Shown here: piece by piece, positions 41,301-53,914 of the stretch | Position numbering within the stretch: position 1 is the stretch's first letter | How the letters are laid out: each line of letters opens with the position of its first letter | DNA from: Rozella allomycis CSF55 | Lineage: Eukaryota | Assembly: GCA_000442015.1 (NCBI GenBank) | Contig: KE561184.1 | Coordinates: forward strand, 1 to 64,000 | Direction of reading: 5' to 3' | Length of the DNA: 64,000 nt | Program-made: the position numbers and the translations under genes | The notes under the pieces: model-generated | Told to the model about the DNA's origin: nothing | What the model saw: the letters and a program-made list of their open reading frames with translations, nothing else | The model's database searches: none

Positions 41301-44069
41301 ACAGGGGTGTCTGTGAGATTGTTATTTTCACAGGATAATCATTTCCAGGGATGGTTTTTGATGGATGGTAGAATGAAGAGTAGATTGAAGATTGAGAATG
41401 TTGATGCGAAAGTGTTGAGTAAAATGATTAGAATACAAGAAGATTTTTTCCAGAGTAGAGAGTTGAATGGAATAAAGTTGATTGGAGAGATGGGACAAGG
41501 GAATGTATTTAAATTAGATCCAATTCCATCCAAAGCAATGATTGGAATTTTAGAAAATATTGAAAATAAAGAATCAAATAAAAGTAATTATTTTAAAGTT
41601 GAAATTCCGCAACAAGAAATTAATCTTCCATGTCTAATCAATCTACTATGTCCTGAAGGGGAGGTTGAAAGGGTTGAAGGGGAGGTTGAAAGGGTTGAAG
41701 GGGTTGAAGTTAATGATCATAGTTCAATTGATAAATATAGTTCAATTAGTTCAAATGATTCAAATATTTTAATAGATTTTGTAATAAATTTTAGTGAATT
41801 GATGGAAAGAATAAATGGATTTAGAATGAAAAAGGAAATGTTTCAGAGTGTGATGTTGATAATGAAAGAATATCCAACAAGAGTTAAAGTGAATGTTAAA
41901 GTTGATTCAGTGATGATTGATTTAAAGTTGAATGATGATTCCATTGGCCATTTAACGATTGATCCCATCATTCTTGATTCTTCTACTTGTACAACATCTA
42001 ATGTAATACCCTCTTCTTCTCATTCTACTTCTACCTCACTATCTTCACTAACCTCACTATCTAACTCTCTCACCAAAGTAAAATTGGCTTTGAATGATTT
42101 TCTTTCATTGACTAAAACACTTGATGACTTTTTGCCAAATGTTTTGAGAAAATTGGAAAAAAAGTTTGTGTTGTTTAATGATTATAGAAATAGATTGAAT
42201 AGTTACATTACAGTGCCAAAAATATTTGAAATTTCATCAATAAAAAATAATCTATTTTCATATTTGATTGGAAAGGCAATTTCAACTAAAAAAATCATAA
42301 ATGCAAACAAACAAAATTCTGAAAATTCCAATAATAAGTTTATTCCAATTAAAGTAAAAGAATTTGAATTTCTTCTTTTAATTCCAACTGAAATCAATTT
42401 GTTTGAATTATTTAAAAATAATAAAATTGATTTAAATTCTCTGGAAATCAATTTTGAATTTTCAGATTTTGTTTTCTCTAAAATTGAATTAACAGAAAAA
42501 GGATTTCTATTAAATGTTGCTTGTGATCCATCAATTCCAAACTCTTGTTTAAAAACATACAAGGCAATGTCAAGTGGAATGCTTTCAAGAGAATTAAACT
42601 TGAATAGCAACATTTTCATCAACAAGAATTTTATCATTAAATTTCCTTTGCATTTCCCTCAAGCTAGATTTGAAATGAATTTTATTAAAAGCAAAGATTT
42701 CCAATTCTTCAAAATTGCTCTAGACAATCTATTAAACATTAAAAAAGTTTTCAAAGATGGTGTCATTGTTGATGCAAACGTTGTTTTACAAAACACAAAC
42801 CCTGTTTTAATTGAAATGCTCAAATTAGATGCAAATGTTTTATTTAGGAAATTTCCTGGTGACATTTTAAGATTAAACAATACAAATTTCAGCATTGGAA
42901 AAGTTGTAAATTCAAACGAAAATGAAAAAATTGTCTTTCTTAAAAATGGTACAAANTTGCCAATCCTTCAAAGATCAGAGTTGTTACCCCTCACAAAGTA
43001 CATTATTCACCTTTATTATATAGATTCAAAATGATCTCGCTTCTTTTATTGATCACGCTAAATTTTTAATATCAAATGTTCAACCAGCCTACTACAAGAA
43101 TGATGGGCTCTGCATGAGTGTCATTGGAACACTCATCTCTCGTCTAGGCTTCCCTGGAAATAACAATTTCTTCAACTTTCCTCTTCAAATTGAACTACGA
43201 GATATTTCATCTTCCGTCAAGGAAAAAAATAGTCTCTTTCTCGTGCCAGACGCATGCGATCATTTCTACAATTCTTGTTGGGATTCTCTGCCTGGTAATT
43301 CGTCCTCTTGAAATTAATCAGCTGTTTCTATCACTTCTCTTCCCACCTTTTTTAAATCTGATTTCTTTAAATTGTCAATTCCTTTCAATTCTAAACTTTC
43401 TCACTTTTCTTTCTTTTTAAAAGGTACCTCATCCATTCATCTTCAATTAGATTCAAACAAGGTTGTTCAAATTGAAATCACTAGAAAATCAATCATTCTT
43501 TACATCAACGATGGCTCTCATTCCATTCAAAGCACACCTTCAAATAATCTGCCTGACATTTCTCAAATCAAACGTCTAACTCTCATAAATGATCCTGTTC
43601 AAAATTTATTAATCATCAATGCGGAAATCAAACACTCATCAGGCGTCTATCTCCCCTTTTTCTCTAAATTCAATTTTGACATTTCTTCCTTTTTCTCTAG
43701 AAAATTCACTCTCTCTGTAGAATCAAATATTCCAACGCCTCAATTTCTACTCGCAAAGTCTCAAATTGATCTTTCTAAATCTAAAATTCTCTTTTACGAT
43801 TCTTCTATCCCCTTGCCAAACCAACCTGGTAATCACATTCTCCATTTCTCATTCTAGGTAAAGCAATGGTGCAATTCTTTGATACGTGCAATCGTCCGTT
43901 TTCTGCCTCTAATTTTGATTTGTCTCTTATTCTCGCAAATGGAGACATCACTATCACCTCTTTTGAATTGAACATTGGTCTATTTCACGTATCGTTTACT
44001 CTGTCTCATTCGGGTAAAAGTAGGTTGTTTGTAAATAATCATCCAATTGGATATCTCTATGCCAAATAA
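38311..44069 (+). CDS. Very large (~1800 aa) orphan beta-rich protein with N-terminal TM anchor and C-terminal Ig/filamin-like repeat; 3' part crosses an N
   Basis: TM helix YIFVFVSVFAVATLAFVINGAV, a 26-nt intron near 38828 and a 1397-aa ORF. C-terminal MVQFFDTCNRP...GLFHVSFTLSHSGKSRLFVNNHPI. Confidence 0.6.
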
Positions 44070-44235
44070 ATTATTTCTTTATTTAAAGAAATTAAGCGAG
44101 GAGAAAAGTTCCTCAAAAAATGATTCTCAAATATGTTTAAAATTCAAACAAAAACGAGGAGAAATGTTTCTCAATTATTGTTAAAAATTCAAACAAAAAT
44201 TTTATCTTTATTTACATATATTACAATTTCTACAC

Positions 44236-45266
44236 TTATAAACTCGCTTGCTTTTTGAATACTTGCGACAACAATGACACTACCTCCTTGGAATGATGTC
44301 CACTATGAAGCATATCACACTTATTCGAGATGGAAATAAACAACTTTTTCACCTTCACCCTTCCCTCCTGATTCTCCAAACACAACATCCGCTCCAGCTC
44401 TTCAAATTCTTCTTTATCAAGCTTCTTTACCTTCTTTTCCAAATCATTCAACTTGCCAACTCTATCACAAAACCATCCAAAATCACCCTCCCTCAGCATA
44501 TGCAACAGTGTCAATCGGGGCACAATAAACATCATCGATGGGTCATACTCTATTATATCATCCCTCTTAATCAACCCCTTTTCAACAGTCTCCTCTATAG
44601 TCTTATTCATACTCTCAGCAATAGTATCAACCCCACGGACCATATGATACCCAAAATAACATATACACATCTCTTGCTCAAATTTCGCCCACGCTTGATC
44701 AAACACCGTCATCACTCCAACCAAATCATGATACGGTGGTTCGGGATTATTCATCGCTCGGTTTCTAAACACAAATCTCACAGCTTCAAACGCTCCATGC
44801 AATTGCACTGCAGGATGCTTCAACAGGTCCGTATAGTTCTCTATCCCTCTTATTCTAAACCCACGGGAAATGGCTTCAGCGGCAAACAAGATGTTCTCGG
44901 AAAATCCATCCTCCAACTCCATCTGATCCTCCCTAGGTATCACGGATCGATACGTCCTCGGCGCTTTAATCGATTCATCCATCTCGGAATACACAAGATT
45001 AAACGTATTCAATACTAGCCTCTGCGCTCGGTGCACCTTTTCCAGCGCCCTCTGGTACTTTAAACTTCTCACATCTCGTATCTTTTCCAACTCTTCACAC
45101 GCATGCACCAAATGATCGTCGGAAAAGTAAAACAGACTCTATTTTCTATTGTTTTTACTTTGTTTACCAATGGATGCGCTTCATTCAAACTCGGAATCGT
45201 TTGCTCTGAACTTGGATGCCACTTTTTGAAGCGGAATATAACCGAAAGCGATGATTGCAATGTCAT
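44236..45266 (-). CDS. Lateral signaling target 2 (ZFYVE28/Lst2) N-terminal-domain protein, no FYVE finger; start approximate
   Basis: RTYRSVIP...FSENILFAAEAISRGFRIRG...FDQAWAKFE...IIEYDPSMMFIVPRL...LFISISNKCDML resembles the Lst2 conserved domain. Confidence 0.7.
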
Positions 45267-45378
45267 TTCAACAAGATACAAAGGTTAAAACAATGGCTCT
45301 ATTTGTTTACAAAGTTTACTTTATTTATATGTTTATTTAACGGTCGTAAACAAATACAAATTCTGTAGATTTACTGAT

Positions 45379-46334
45379 TCATTTCGAAAGGTTTCTAATT
45401 GCAAAAATCGCCCATTCTCTTAATACTATTTAAAATATATTCATATTATTACATGGATTCGAATCATCGTCTCGCACAAATGTTTGCAATAATGTCATGT
45501 ACTCATTAGCAGTAAACATTGCTTTAATCGACTCGTTTTCATGCGATAAATTTGCTACGAGCTTCAAAACGCCAAGTTTTAAAGGCTTGATACTTTCATT
45601 ATTATCTTTCAAGATTTCTTTGACACTTGGCGTTTCTCATTACCTTTAAATGGTCGTACCGATCGTTCTGCAATAAATTCTCTGCTTTCTGCACTGAGTT
45701 CTTCGATAAACTCTGGTATTATGTCAATTAACTTTGCAAATAATGGGAATTTTTCATTTTTGAGCCAATTTATGTCATACAAACAATTCACATGCTTTTC
45801 AAAAGATTCAGGATCTATACAGCTTATAATTTTGCTTTGATTATCAATATTGAACATGTAAAAGTTCTTAATGCATAGGTCGATAATAGATTTTCTAATA
45901 TTTTTCCTTGTTAATTCTTACAAGTACAAGGCTGTTTCTTCACACTCAGTCGAGCAATAGATTTCTATTACACTTTCAATGTACTTTTCTGCAAATAATT
46001 CACTACAATATATGAACAGGCCATGTAATTTACAAAGTTTTCATATTTGCCACAAAAGAGTTTAACAGTAAACAAGCAATAACTAGAGGTTCTTCTTTAA
46101 AATATTGGTTCAAATAGATATGAAAATCCTCTAAGACTCTTAAAGAATTTTTGTCATTTTGTACAACCAGATTTGACAGAATTTGAAAAGTTAATTTCGG
46201 GTGATCTTTTAGTGATATTTTCAAGTTTTCATAGTTATCAGATTCACTATGAAATAAGAATCATTATATTACATATAGCTACTCTGTGACTGAGCATCTC
46301 TTATCGAATTTCTTTGGATCTTTAAATTTTCCAT
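45379..46334 (-). CDS. ATXN10: Ataxin-10/Ctr86-like armadillo protein
   Basis: LKLGVLKLVANLSHEN...DDDSNP^LLREWAIFAIRNL matches the Atx10 C-terminal motif. Confidence 0.8.
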
Positions 46335-46358
46335 TTAAAGTGGCTTACCCTGGAAAAA

Positions 46359-47681
46359 ATGGACGTTGAGGGCAACGATTTAAACAAAAAGATCAGGGAA
46401 CAAGTAGAATTTTACTTTAGTGATGCCAATTTGGGAAGGGATAAATTTTTATTCAATATTCACCAAAGTGATCCGGACCATTGTAAAAATTATAGGGTAT
46501 AATAAAGTAATAGGGGTTCCTTTGACTGTTTTGGCGACATTTAAGCGTCTGCAATTATTGACTACTGATTTGAGTGTTATTGCTGAAAGTCTTCAAGACT
46601 CTGAAGCTGTCGAGGTAAATGAAGCGAAAACCCATGTTCGTCGATCAAAGCCAATGCCAGAAGAGCTAGATAACATCAAGAAAACCGTACATATTGTAAA
46701 TATGCTTTAAAAAATTGATAGACTGGATTCCCCGTTGAAATGACTCTTGATGAATTACTAGCATACTTTTCTCAATTTAAATTTAGTGCTGTTAGAATGA
46801 GAAGAGATACCGATAAAAATTTTATTGGTTCTGTATTTCTAGAGCTCGATACTGAAGAGAGCGCAAGAGAAATTCTTTACAAGGCCTTAAACTTCCAAGA
46901 CAAATCATTGTCAATGCAGTCTATGGAAGATTTCTTTCGGGATAATAAGAAAAATTCCTTAAAACGCAAAACGAGAGACAATGGCTTCTCCCAAAATAAG
47001 CGCATGAAACGAGGAGGTGGTCCCAGTAGAGGCGGACGAGGAGGCAGAGGAGGCAGAGGAAGGGGTTCTTCAATGAGAGGTAGTCGCGGAAGAGGTGGTA
47101 CTACGCGTGGCGGGCTAGGGAGAGGTCGTGGCCGCGGCCGCGGTGGGTTCTCCAGGGGTGGCAGTATTGAGATAAGAGGCCAGAGAAGAGATGAGAGAAG
47201 AGATGAAAGAAGGGATGGGGGAAGAGTAGAGAGAAGAAATGATAGGAGGGATGACAGAAGAGATGGTAGTGAAAGAAGGCATGAAAGAAGGGATGAGAGA
47301 AGAGAGGAAACAAGAGGTGAAAGAATGCATGAAAGAAGGGATGACAGAAGAGATGACAGAAGAGTTGAGAGAAGAGATGATAGAAGGGACGAGAGAAGAG
47401 TTGAGAGAAGGGATAATAGAAGAGATGACAGAGTGGATGAAAGAAGGGATAACAGACGGGACGAAAGAAGGGATGACAGATGGGATGATGGAAGAGATCA
47501 TAGAAGAGATGAGAGGCGCTATAATGACCGTAGATATGATGATCGCGGCCAAAACAAGGGGAATGATTCATACCGTCCGTCGAATGATAGTAGAAATACT
47601 AGAAGAGATTCAGATGGAAGAAATGATAAAAAAGAAACAAGATCATTTGTTTCAATGAGAGACGAATATGATCGTAAATAA
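46359..47681 (+). CDS. LHP1: La autoantigen (La motif plus RRM) with long RGG and R/D/E mixed-charge tail
   Basis: KIREQVEFYFSDANLGRDKFL, VPLTVLATFKRL, VRRSKPMPE, AVRMRR...FIGSVFLE. Confidence 0.9.
47185..47545 (+). repeat. Degenerate ~12-bp purine-rich tandem repeat (e.g. AGAAGAGATGAC) encoding RRD(D/E)
   Basis: Repeated agaag(a/g)gatga(c/g/a) units inside the La ORF. Confidence 0.85.
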
Positions 47682-47766
47682 ACTGTCTTTTCTTATGTTG
47701 ATATTTTATGCAATTTAACATTCAATGATTATTGGATTTATTTATTTTAATACTTTAATTTAAAAT

Positions 47767-48753
47767 TTAACAGAACTACTGAAACAAAATAGGTGATTCT
47801 TACTTTCCATCGATTATTGCAGTTGACACAAGTGACGTAAGTAGTCATTGGTTCATCCGCCGATCTGGTTTGCATTTGGTAGTACTTGGTTCTCCTTTGC
47901 TTGCATCGACCACATTTAAATTGATCAGTTTCTGCTGATTGATCAGCCACCGCTTTCGCGTTTTGTAAATTTCGTTTTTCCATTTCCTTATTTTCCCTTT
48001 TGCGAGATTCACTTGCCAATTCCTTTTTTAAGAAAATTTTTATATTACACTTGGGGTCATCGTGCATAATTGTGATGGAGTGATTACCCCTCCTAGAACC
48101 TGATATCTAAGTTCAGGATTTTCTTTATCCTTCAAATTCAAATATCGTGATCGAAACTTTGACTTGTATTGCGTGCTAGTGTCTTGAAATTCTCTAAAAA
48201 TTTCAGCCTCAATATGTCTAGCGATAGTATTGGCGTCTTCTTCTTTCACTGGTGACTTAAATATATGTATCATACCAAATTCAGATGAATCAATCAATAA
48301 TGCCGAAGTTATCATGGATATACATTTTTCTCTAGTGGCATCACCTGTTGTCTTCAATTTATCCATTTTTACAACCGAAATCTCACTGAAATTAGTCGAT
48401 GATGATTTCGATAATGTTTGATTTTTCAAATAATCCTCATCTTCATTTTCTTCTTGCTTTCTTTTCTTATCATTTTCTTGATCCTTTTTCGAGTTTTCGT
48501 CCGAGCTGATCACCTTCTTCCATTTTAGTACTATTATTTTAGCTAAATCTCCAATTTTTTGACCTTCAAATTTTTTTCTTATGGTGTTTAATATCTTTCC
48601 CATTTGAGTTTCTTTCAAATCTTCTAATGTTACAGCGACCTTCTCTACATCTTGAAGGATTTTAATAAGTTCTTCACTATCTGCTTCTACTTCTTTCTCA
48701 AGTATGTTGATATTCTCTAATTCCTTTTTTAAATCCAAAAGGCTTTTGGTCAT
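47767..48753 (-). CDS. DST1: Transcription elongation factor TFIIS
   Basis: [37 protein letters not shown]...[17 protein letters not shown]. Confidence 0.97.
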
Positions 48754-48783
48754 GGAAATTTACAAAAGTTTGTGTTAAAAATT

Positions 48784-49989
48784 CTATTTATTTGGTATTA
48801 TCGCATCTACAGTTTCATTTCTAATTTGCTTTAAAAAAGGAATAGCTGATGTTCCTCCGGTGCCTGTGACATCATTACCACAGTTGCTGCCGGGAACCGT
48901 AATATAACTGGCCACCATTTGAATATGCTTATTTCTGAAATTAACTAGCTCATTTAATACTTCATTGTACGCCTTCTCCAAAAGGCGGTCTTTTTTCACA
49001 TATGTTTTTAAACACGGTTCCTTTTCAATGTCTTCAAGAAATTTTCTATGTTTATAGGGCATGTAAGATCTCATTTGATGTAAGAAATCTGTGTTGGACC
49101 TAGATTGTGGACAATGAGACAAATTGAGAATACAGTCGTACGCTTGTATTAAAGAGCTTTGAGCTGCAGAGCCTCCAGCGTATTTTCTAGGTTTATCTTC
49201 ATCGCCATAGAGCAAACCAAGAGGAAGTCGTTTAGAGTTATCCCACCCCCTTAGATATGGTCTTACTTGAAAATAAAAATAGTTTGGATCATTTTTTTCT
49301 TTCATCCGAGACAGTATGGCGATTATTTTTGACAATCCATCTTTTAAAGACTTCAATTTAAGGATAACATATCCATCGTCATTATCATCCATGGCTTTTT
49401 TCAGATCAATCATATCTTTTAATATTGGTCCTCCTACACCTTCAACGGCTGCTGTAACCAGATAAAACCATGATTCATCCATAGATCCTGTACAAGTATT
49501 TAGGGTGAAAATGTTGTCAAGATTGAATGATTTATGGGGGTCGATCTTTTTCCAATTCCAAAGAACAACGGACGCTTGACATAAAATAGGATTCAGACCT
49601 AACTCTTCCGATAGTCTAATCCATGGATTTGCCAAAATGGCTGGTAGTTGCTTATAAATCTATAACATTGTTTTTACACTGGCTGGTCCAGGATCGTCTT
49701 TTCCGTTTCCCCAAACATAGCATTGTGATAAAAAGGATATTAGAACAAAAGCGCGCCTTAAATGTTTCTGATCTATTAAATTATTATATGGGAATTCGGG
49801 TAACTATTATAACATCCAAGAAGTAAATACTTTTCCAATTGTAGAACGGAAACTATCCTTTTCAATTAGTAATCGGGCATTAGCCAATAAGTCTTCCCAT
49901 TCATTAAATGTAGCTGGTAAACGAGGTAAACATTCATCGGGTAAAAATCCGGTCACTTCATTTATATCATACTCTTTCAATTCTTTCAT
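48784..49989 (-). CDS. BNA2: Indoleamine 2,3-dioxygenase
   Basis: EYDINEVTGFLP, VLWNWK, TGSMDESWFYLV, YAGGSAAQSSLIQ, MRSYMP..HRKFL, FRNKHIQMV..YI, GTGGT. Confidence 0.95.
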
Positions 49990-51141
49990 GAAAAGAAAAT
50001 TGTGTAAATTTCAAAAATGAAAAAATTAAGTAATTAAGAATGTTAATTCGAGACCAACCTCCGACCTCGCATTTAACAGCTGATACTGATGAAAGCAGAT
50101 CAGATATCCGATGAAGTGGAGATTTATATAAACTACTAGTGGAAACACAATCACTGATTCACTATCATGTTAACATGTTTATTGTGACCATTATTTAACC
50201 TCGTTCCAAAATATGTGCCCTTTCATCAGTACCAAATTCGGAAAATTAGGAAATGCGTCTAAGCCACAGGGGGACATAAAAAGGCGAAAAAAATCCCAAC
50301 CCCTGCAAAATAACACGAAGGTAAGTACAATGCCCTTTTGTACGATTCTTTCTGATGACCATACATAGACATCGGACTAGAGTATATGAATATCCTGATT
50401 AGTCTTGTTGGCTGAAACTTACATTTTATACAAACAACTTTAAGCAGTATCTAACTTTAGGTAATTACCATTACATTTTGCCTAAACTTTTTTCATGATG
50501 AAAAGAATTACCGACAGACTAAAACATGGTTGATATTATCGGCTGCAATTTTTTGCTCTGAAACTATCTTTTCTAATTTTGTTTGTTGAACAAAACTAAT
50601 GTTAGGCAATTTTCATAAACTGTTTATCATTATATTAAGGTAAGAATAACTTCTAATATTTTACCTTCTTTATGATTAAACTGATGACGAGTCCGAAATC
50701 GTGACGATTTAGTTTAATTTGGCAAAATTCTATATGAGAGGATTTTCTATATATATTTAATTTTCTGAACTTTTCTAACTTTAGGTTTTAAATTAAATTT
50801 TCTTTATCTTTTTTGGTCAATGATGTTTTTTGACAAGCATATGGCTGATATCGTGATGCCAACTTTCAACTGAGACCATTTTGCACAATAATTGGTAAGT
50901 ATTTTAATATGTTACTTCTTTGGGCACATGATGATTTATTTTCACGACGGTCTTCTTAGAGTTAGCCTTGCTGAAATCGCCTGAAGGCAATATCTGATGT
51001 CTTCTTTGAATTAATTTAATAGTTTTCTATTCTCACTCTAGGTTTTGTTATAATACATTCTGAATAAAAGTTCTTTTAGATCATTGAAATTCTTCTTTAT
51101 ATACTTTGATTATTGTTTTTTTTTAAATATATCAACATTTT

Positions 51142-51545
51142 TTATTGATTAATTAAATTTTCTGAGTTGATCAAGGCTATGACCTGATTCTGCGACAAAT
51201 TTCTTTTGAAAGCTTCATGAATATAGTACAAAATTCGTTTTCCACGAAGGTTCATGAAATCTTCCGTGTCAAGAAGAAACAAGTACAATGCCCGCGAGTT
51301 AGGAATTTCTGGGAAGAATGTAGACCAAATTCTTTTTGAAAAAGATTCGCAATCAAAAAATCTATGAAACACTGTTTCTTCTTTAACTTGACATTTTGGA
51401 CACATAGCAGAAACATCACTAAACCTTGCGAATCGTTTATTAGTTAAATAAACACCATGGTAAATTTTCCATAATAACTGAGAGTAATACGATTATACCG
51501 TTCTCCTTGACAGCTGAAAAGTCGAGTTTTTTAAGTTGATAAAAA
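51142..51545 (-). mobile_element. Non-LTR (LINE) retrotransposon 3' remnant, zf-RVT domain (copy 1)
   Basis: LLWKIYHG...CPKCQVKEETVFHRFFDC...IW. Homologous to 55320-55704 and ~56025-56180. Confidence 0.8.
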
Positions 51546-51643
51546 GTTGATGCGTACCTCACTTTTTTTAAAAATATTCTGTCTTAAACAGAGTTTACTT
51601 TGATTTGATGCTACAATAGAGAAATAACGAAATGCATTTTTAT

Positions 51644-53107
51644 TTAAGCGTTGGTTGAGCATTTAAAAATATTGAAACCATTCAACGCGGTACTAATTAT
51701 CACATTGGGGAGTTGTCGGTGCCAGTGAAGCTCTTTAATATTATCTTGCCCTTGATGAATGAAGAGAAGCTGTGGAGGAATATCTTTCATAGAGTCATGA
51801 GCTACCTCAATATCTTCTTCAAGGGAAAAGTCCCAAAGAGTCAATTGATCGTCGGCACCTGAAACGGCTAAAACTGTTTCATCAGTTGGATGCCATTCGA
51901 TAGAGGTAATTGGACTCTTGTGCCATGAGAATGATGCAACGGGGTCGAAAGCATTCATAGAAAAATGTCTTAGGTCAAAAATCGAAAATTTTCCGTCGTC
52001 AAATCCTGAAGCCAAAAGATAATCTTCTTTTGAATTCCATGAAATAACATTAACGTCAACAGAAGAAACCGGTGCAGTTAAGATGCATGCGTTTTTCGAT
52101 CTAACATCCCAAAGTTTTATTGTTCCATCAGTGGAACAAGACGCAAAGACATCATTTTCTTTTGGTGACCACTGTAAATCTTCAATAGACCCACCATGCC
52201 CTTTGAATTGATCCGGATTTGCTACTTGATCCGGTGAAACATTTGTCATACATATTACACCGTTGACATCTCCTGAGAGTAATCTTAGTTTATAATTAAC
52301 ATATTGCAATACCTTCCAGGCACCCTTACACTCCAATCTAATGCAAATCCTTCTCCTTTGTGCCCTTTTATAACTCCAAAATTTGATGGTGTTTTATTCA
52401 TATTATCCTTGGTTGGATTTTCAAGGGATTCCATAGCCTCAGCAATATTGAATAATCTAACTTTTCCATCATCTGTCCAAGCAGAAACAATTCTGTGCTC
52501 ATTCGTTGACTGAGGCATTGCCTATTCTAATTGTATGTCGTTATTACTCTAACACGATTTACGCCAGCATTTAATGATGCAGTTCTCACAGATAATATTG
52601 GCTCACCATTATTTTCTTCTTCATCATCATCTGATTCTTCGTCGCTGTCATCATCGTATTTTGTCTTGCACAGGTTTGATAACTTGGCGACATATAACTT
52701 ATTGTCACATGCGTTCGAAGCCTGAGAGCCTGCTACAATAGTTGCACTCATGGGAAACTATTGAAATGAAAAATTAAAACTTACTAAAACTCTATTTTCT
52801 CCGAGTGAGTCACTGACTATATCAAAACTAAGGCAAGGCCATTCTGGTGTTAGCTCATGGTACATTTCGTATGCTGAAGAGTCAAAAGTTAATTCTTCTC
52901 CTTCTTCTAATTTATCTCCAGGTAAATAAACCTTTTATTTTTATACATATGTAATACTTTTGTCTCTTCATCGGCATTTTCAATATCCATGTTGGCCTCA
53001 TGTACTTCGTGATCAGATTCAACTATTTCTTCTATTTCACTGTCAGAAAATTCCTCTAAATCCATCTCATCAAAAGAGGGTGTATTATCGTCCTCTCTTC
53101 TCTTCAT
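51644..53107 (-). CDS. RRB1: Ribosome assembly WD40 protein Rrb1/GRWD1
   Basis: AYEMYHEL..EWPCLSFDI, EGFALDWS, SIEDLQWSP, DVNVISWN, IPPQLLFIHQGQ..IKELHWH. Confidence 0.95.
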
Positions 53108-53164
53108 AAATATTTTATGGTGGCTTGGCAGAAAACGATTTTATAATAAAAACAACGCAATGAG

Positions 53165-53655
53165 TCATTTATTATAATGTGTACATATTTCCTTGATTTT
53201 TGAATCGTGTTTGACAATTAAATCTTTCAATTCAGAAATCTCTGCTTGCAATCTATTCATTTGACTTTCAAGAGTTTCAATTGATTCATCGACAAACTCT
53301 TTCCGATCTCGAACTTTACCCTTATTTCTTGTAGATTCTAAAACCACTACTAATCCAGCAACTGAAAATATTATAAACTCTCCAATAAAATTGGCTATTC
53401 AACTCTTTACAAAAAATGTATTTTACCGCCAACATTTATTGCCCTTTCTTCATCAAGTGGCCTAATTCTTTCAGGTGCCTTATCATGCAATTTGCTTCTC
53501 ATCCTTGCCTCCATTTGATGATAGGATTCGGCTACTTGAATGCATGCACTGCGGAATGCAGGTCTTCGTTTTGCTTCTGATTTCATGAAGCTAGCTATAG
53601 GTTTCGAAATAGTTCTTAGGAATAAATATCCCAACTTTACCAAAGGAATCGACAT
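53165..53655 (-). CDS. OPA3: OPA3-like mitochondrial protein
   Basis: PLVKLGYLFLRTISKPIA...IRPLDEERAINVG^ANFIGEFIIFSVAG. Confidence 0.92.
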
Positions 53656-53914
53656 TAAAGATGCTAACGCAGAAAGCTAAACAAATAGAAATATTTAACT
53701 TTACTTTGGAATATGTTCTTTACATGTTCTAATGACAAAAAATGATTACAATATTCACGACAGGACCGGACTCAAGTTCAAAAAAATTACAAAACGTGAA
53801 CTGATTTTGCAGTAAAAATAAATAATTTGATGGGAATGGACTAAATACTAACATAGTCTTTAAGGAAGAATTTGTTCAAAGTTTCGAAGCTTACCCTTGT
53901 TTGTAGATTATTTA

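Noticed and set aside
44095-44200. ~60-bp imperfect tandem duplication (CGAGGAGAAA...AAATTCAAACAAAAA)
   Set aside because: Only two degenerate copies in a terminator gap, most likely local slippage.
44293-45018. 241-aa plus-strand His/Leu-rich ORF
   Set aside because: Antisense shadow of the purine-biased Lst2-like gene.
47101-47658. Long alternative-frame and antisense ORFs over the La tail
   Set aside because: They are shadows of a stop-poor purine-rich repeat.
50275-50340. Minus-strand TACTTACCT (U1 5'-like) and TCGCCTTTTTA (U5 loop-like)
   Set aside because: Isolated short matches without the rest of the U1 or U5 structure. TACTTACC is simply the complement of a 5' splice site.
50681-50712. 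CTGATGA...GAAA hammerhead-like words
   Set aside because: The required stem I-III geometry and GAAA-after-stem-II core cannot be built. It folds better as a simple nested hairpin.
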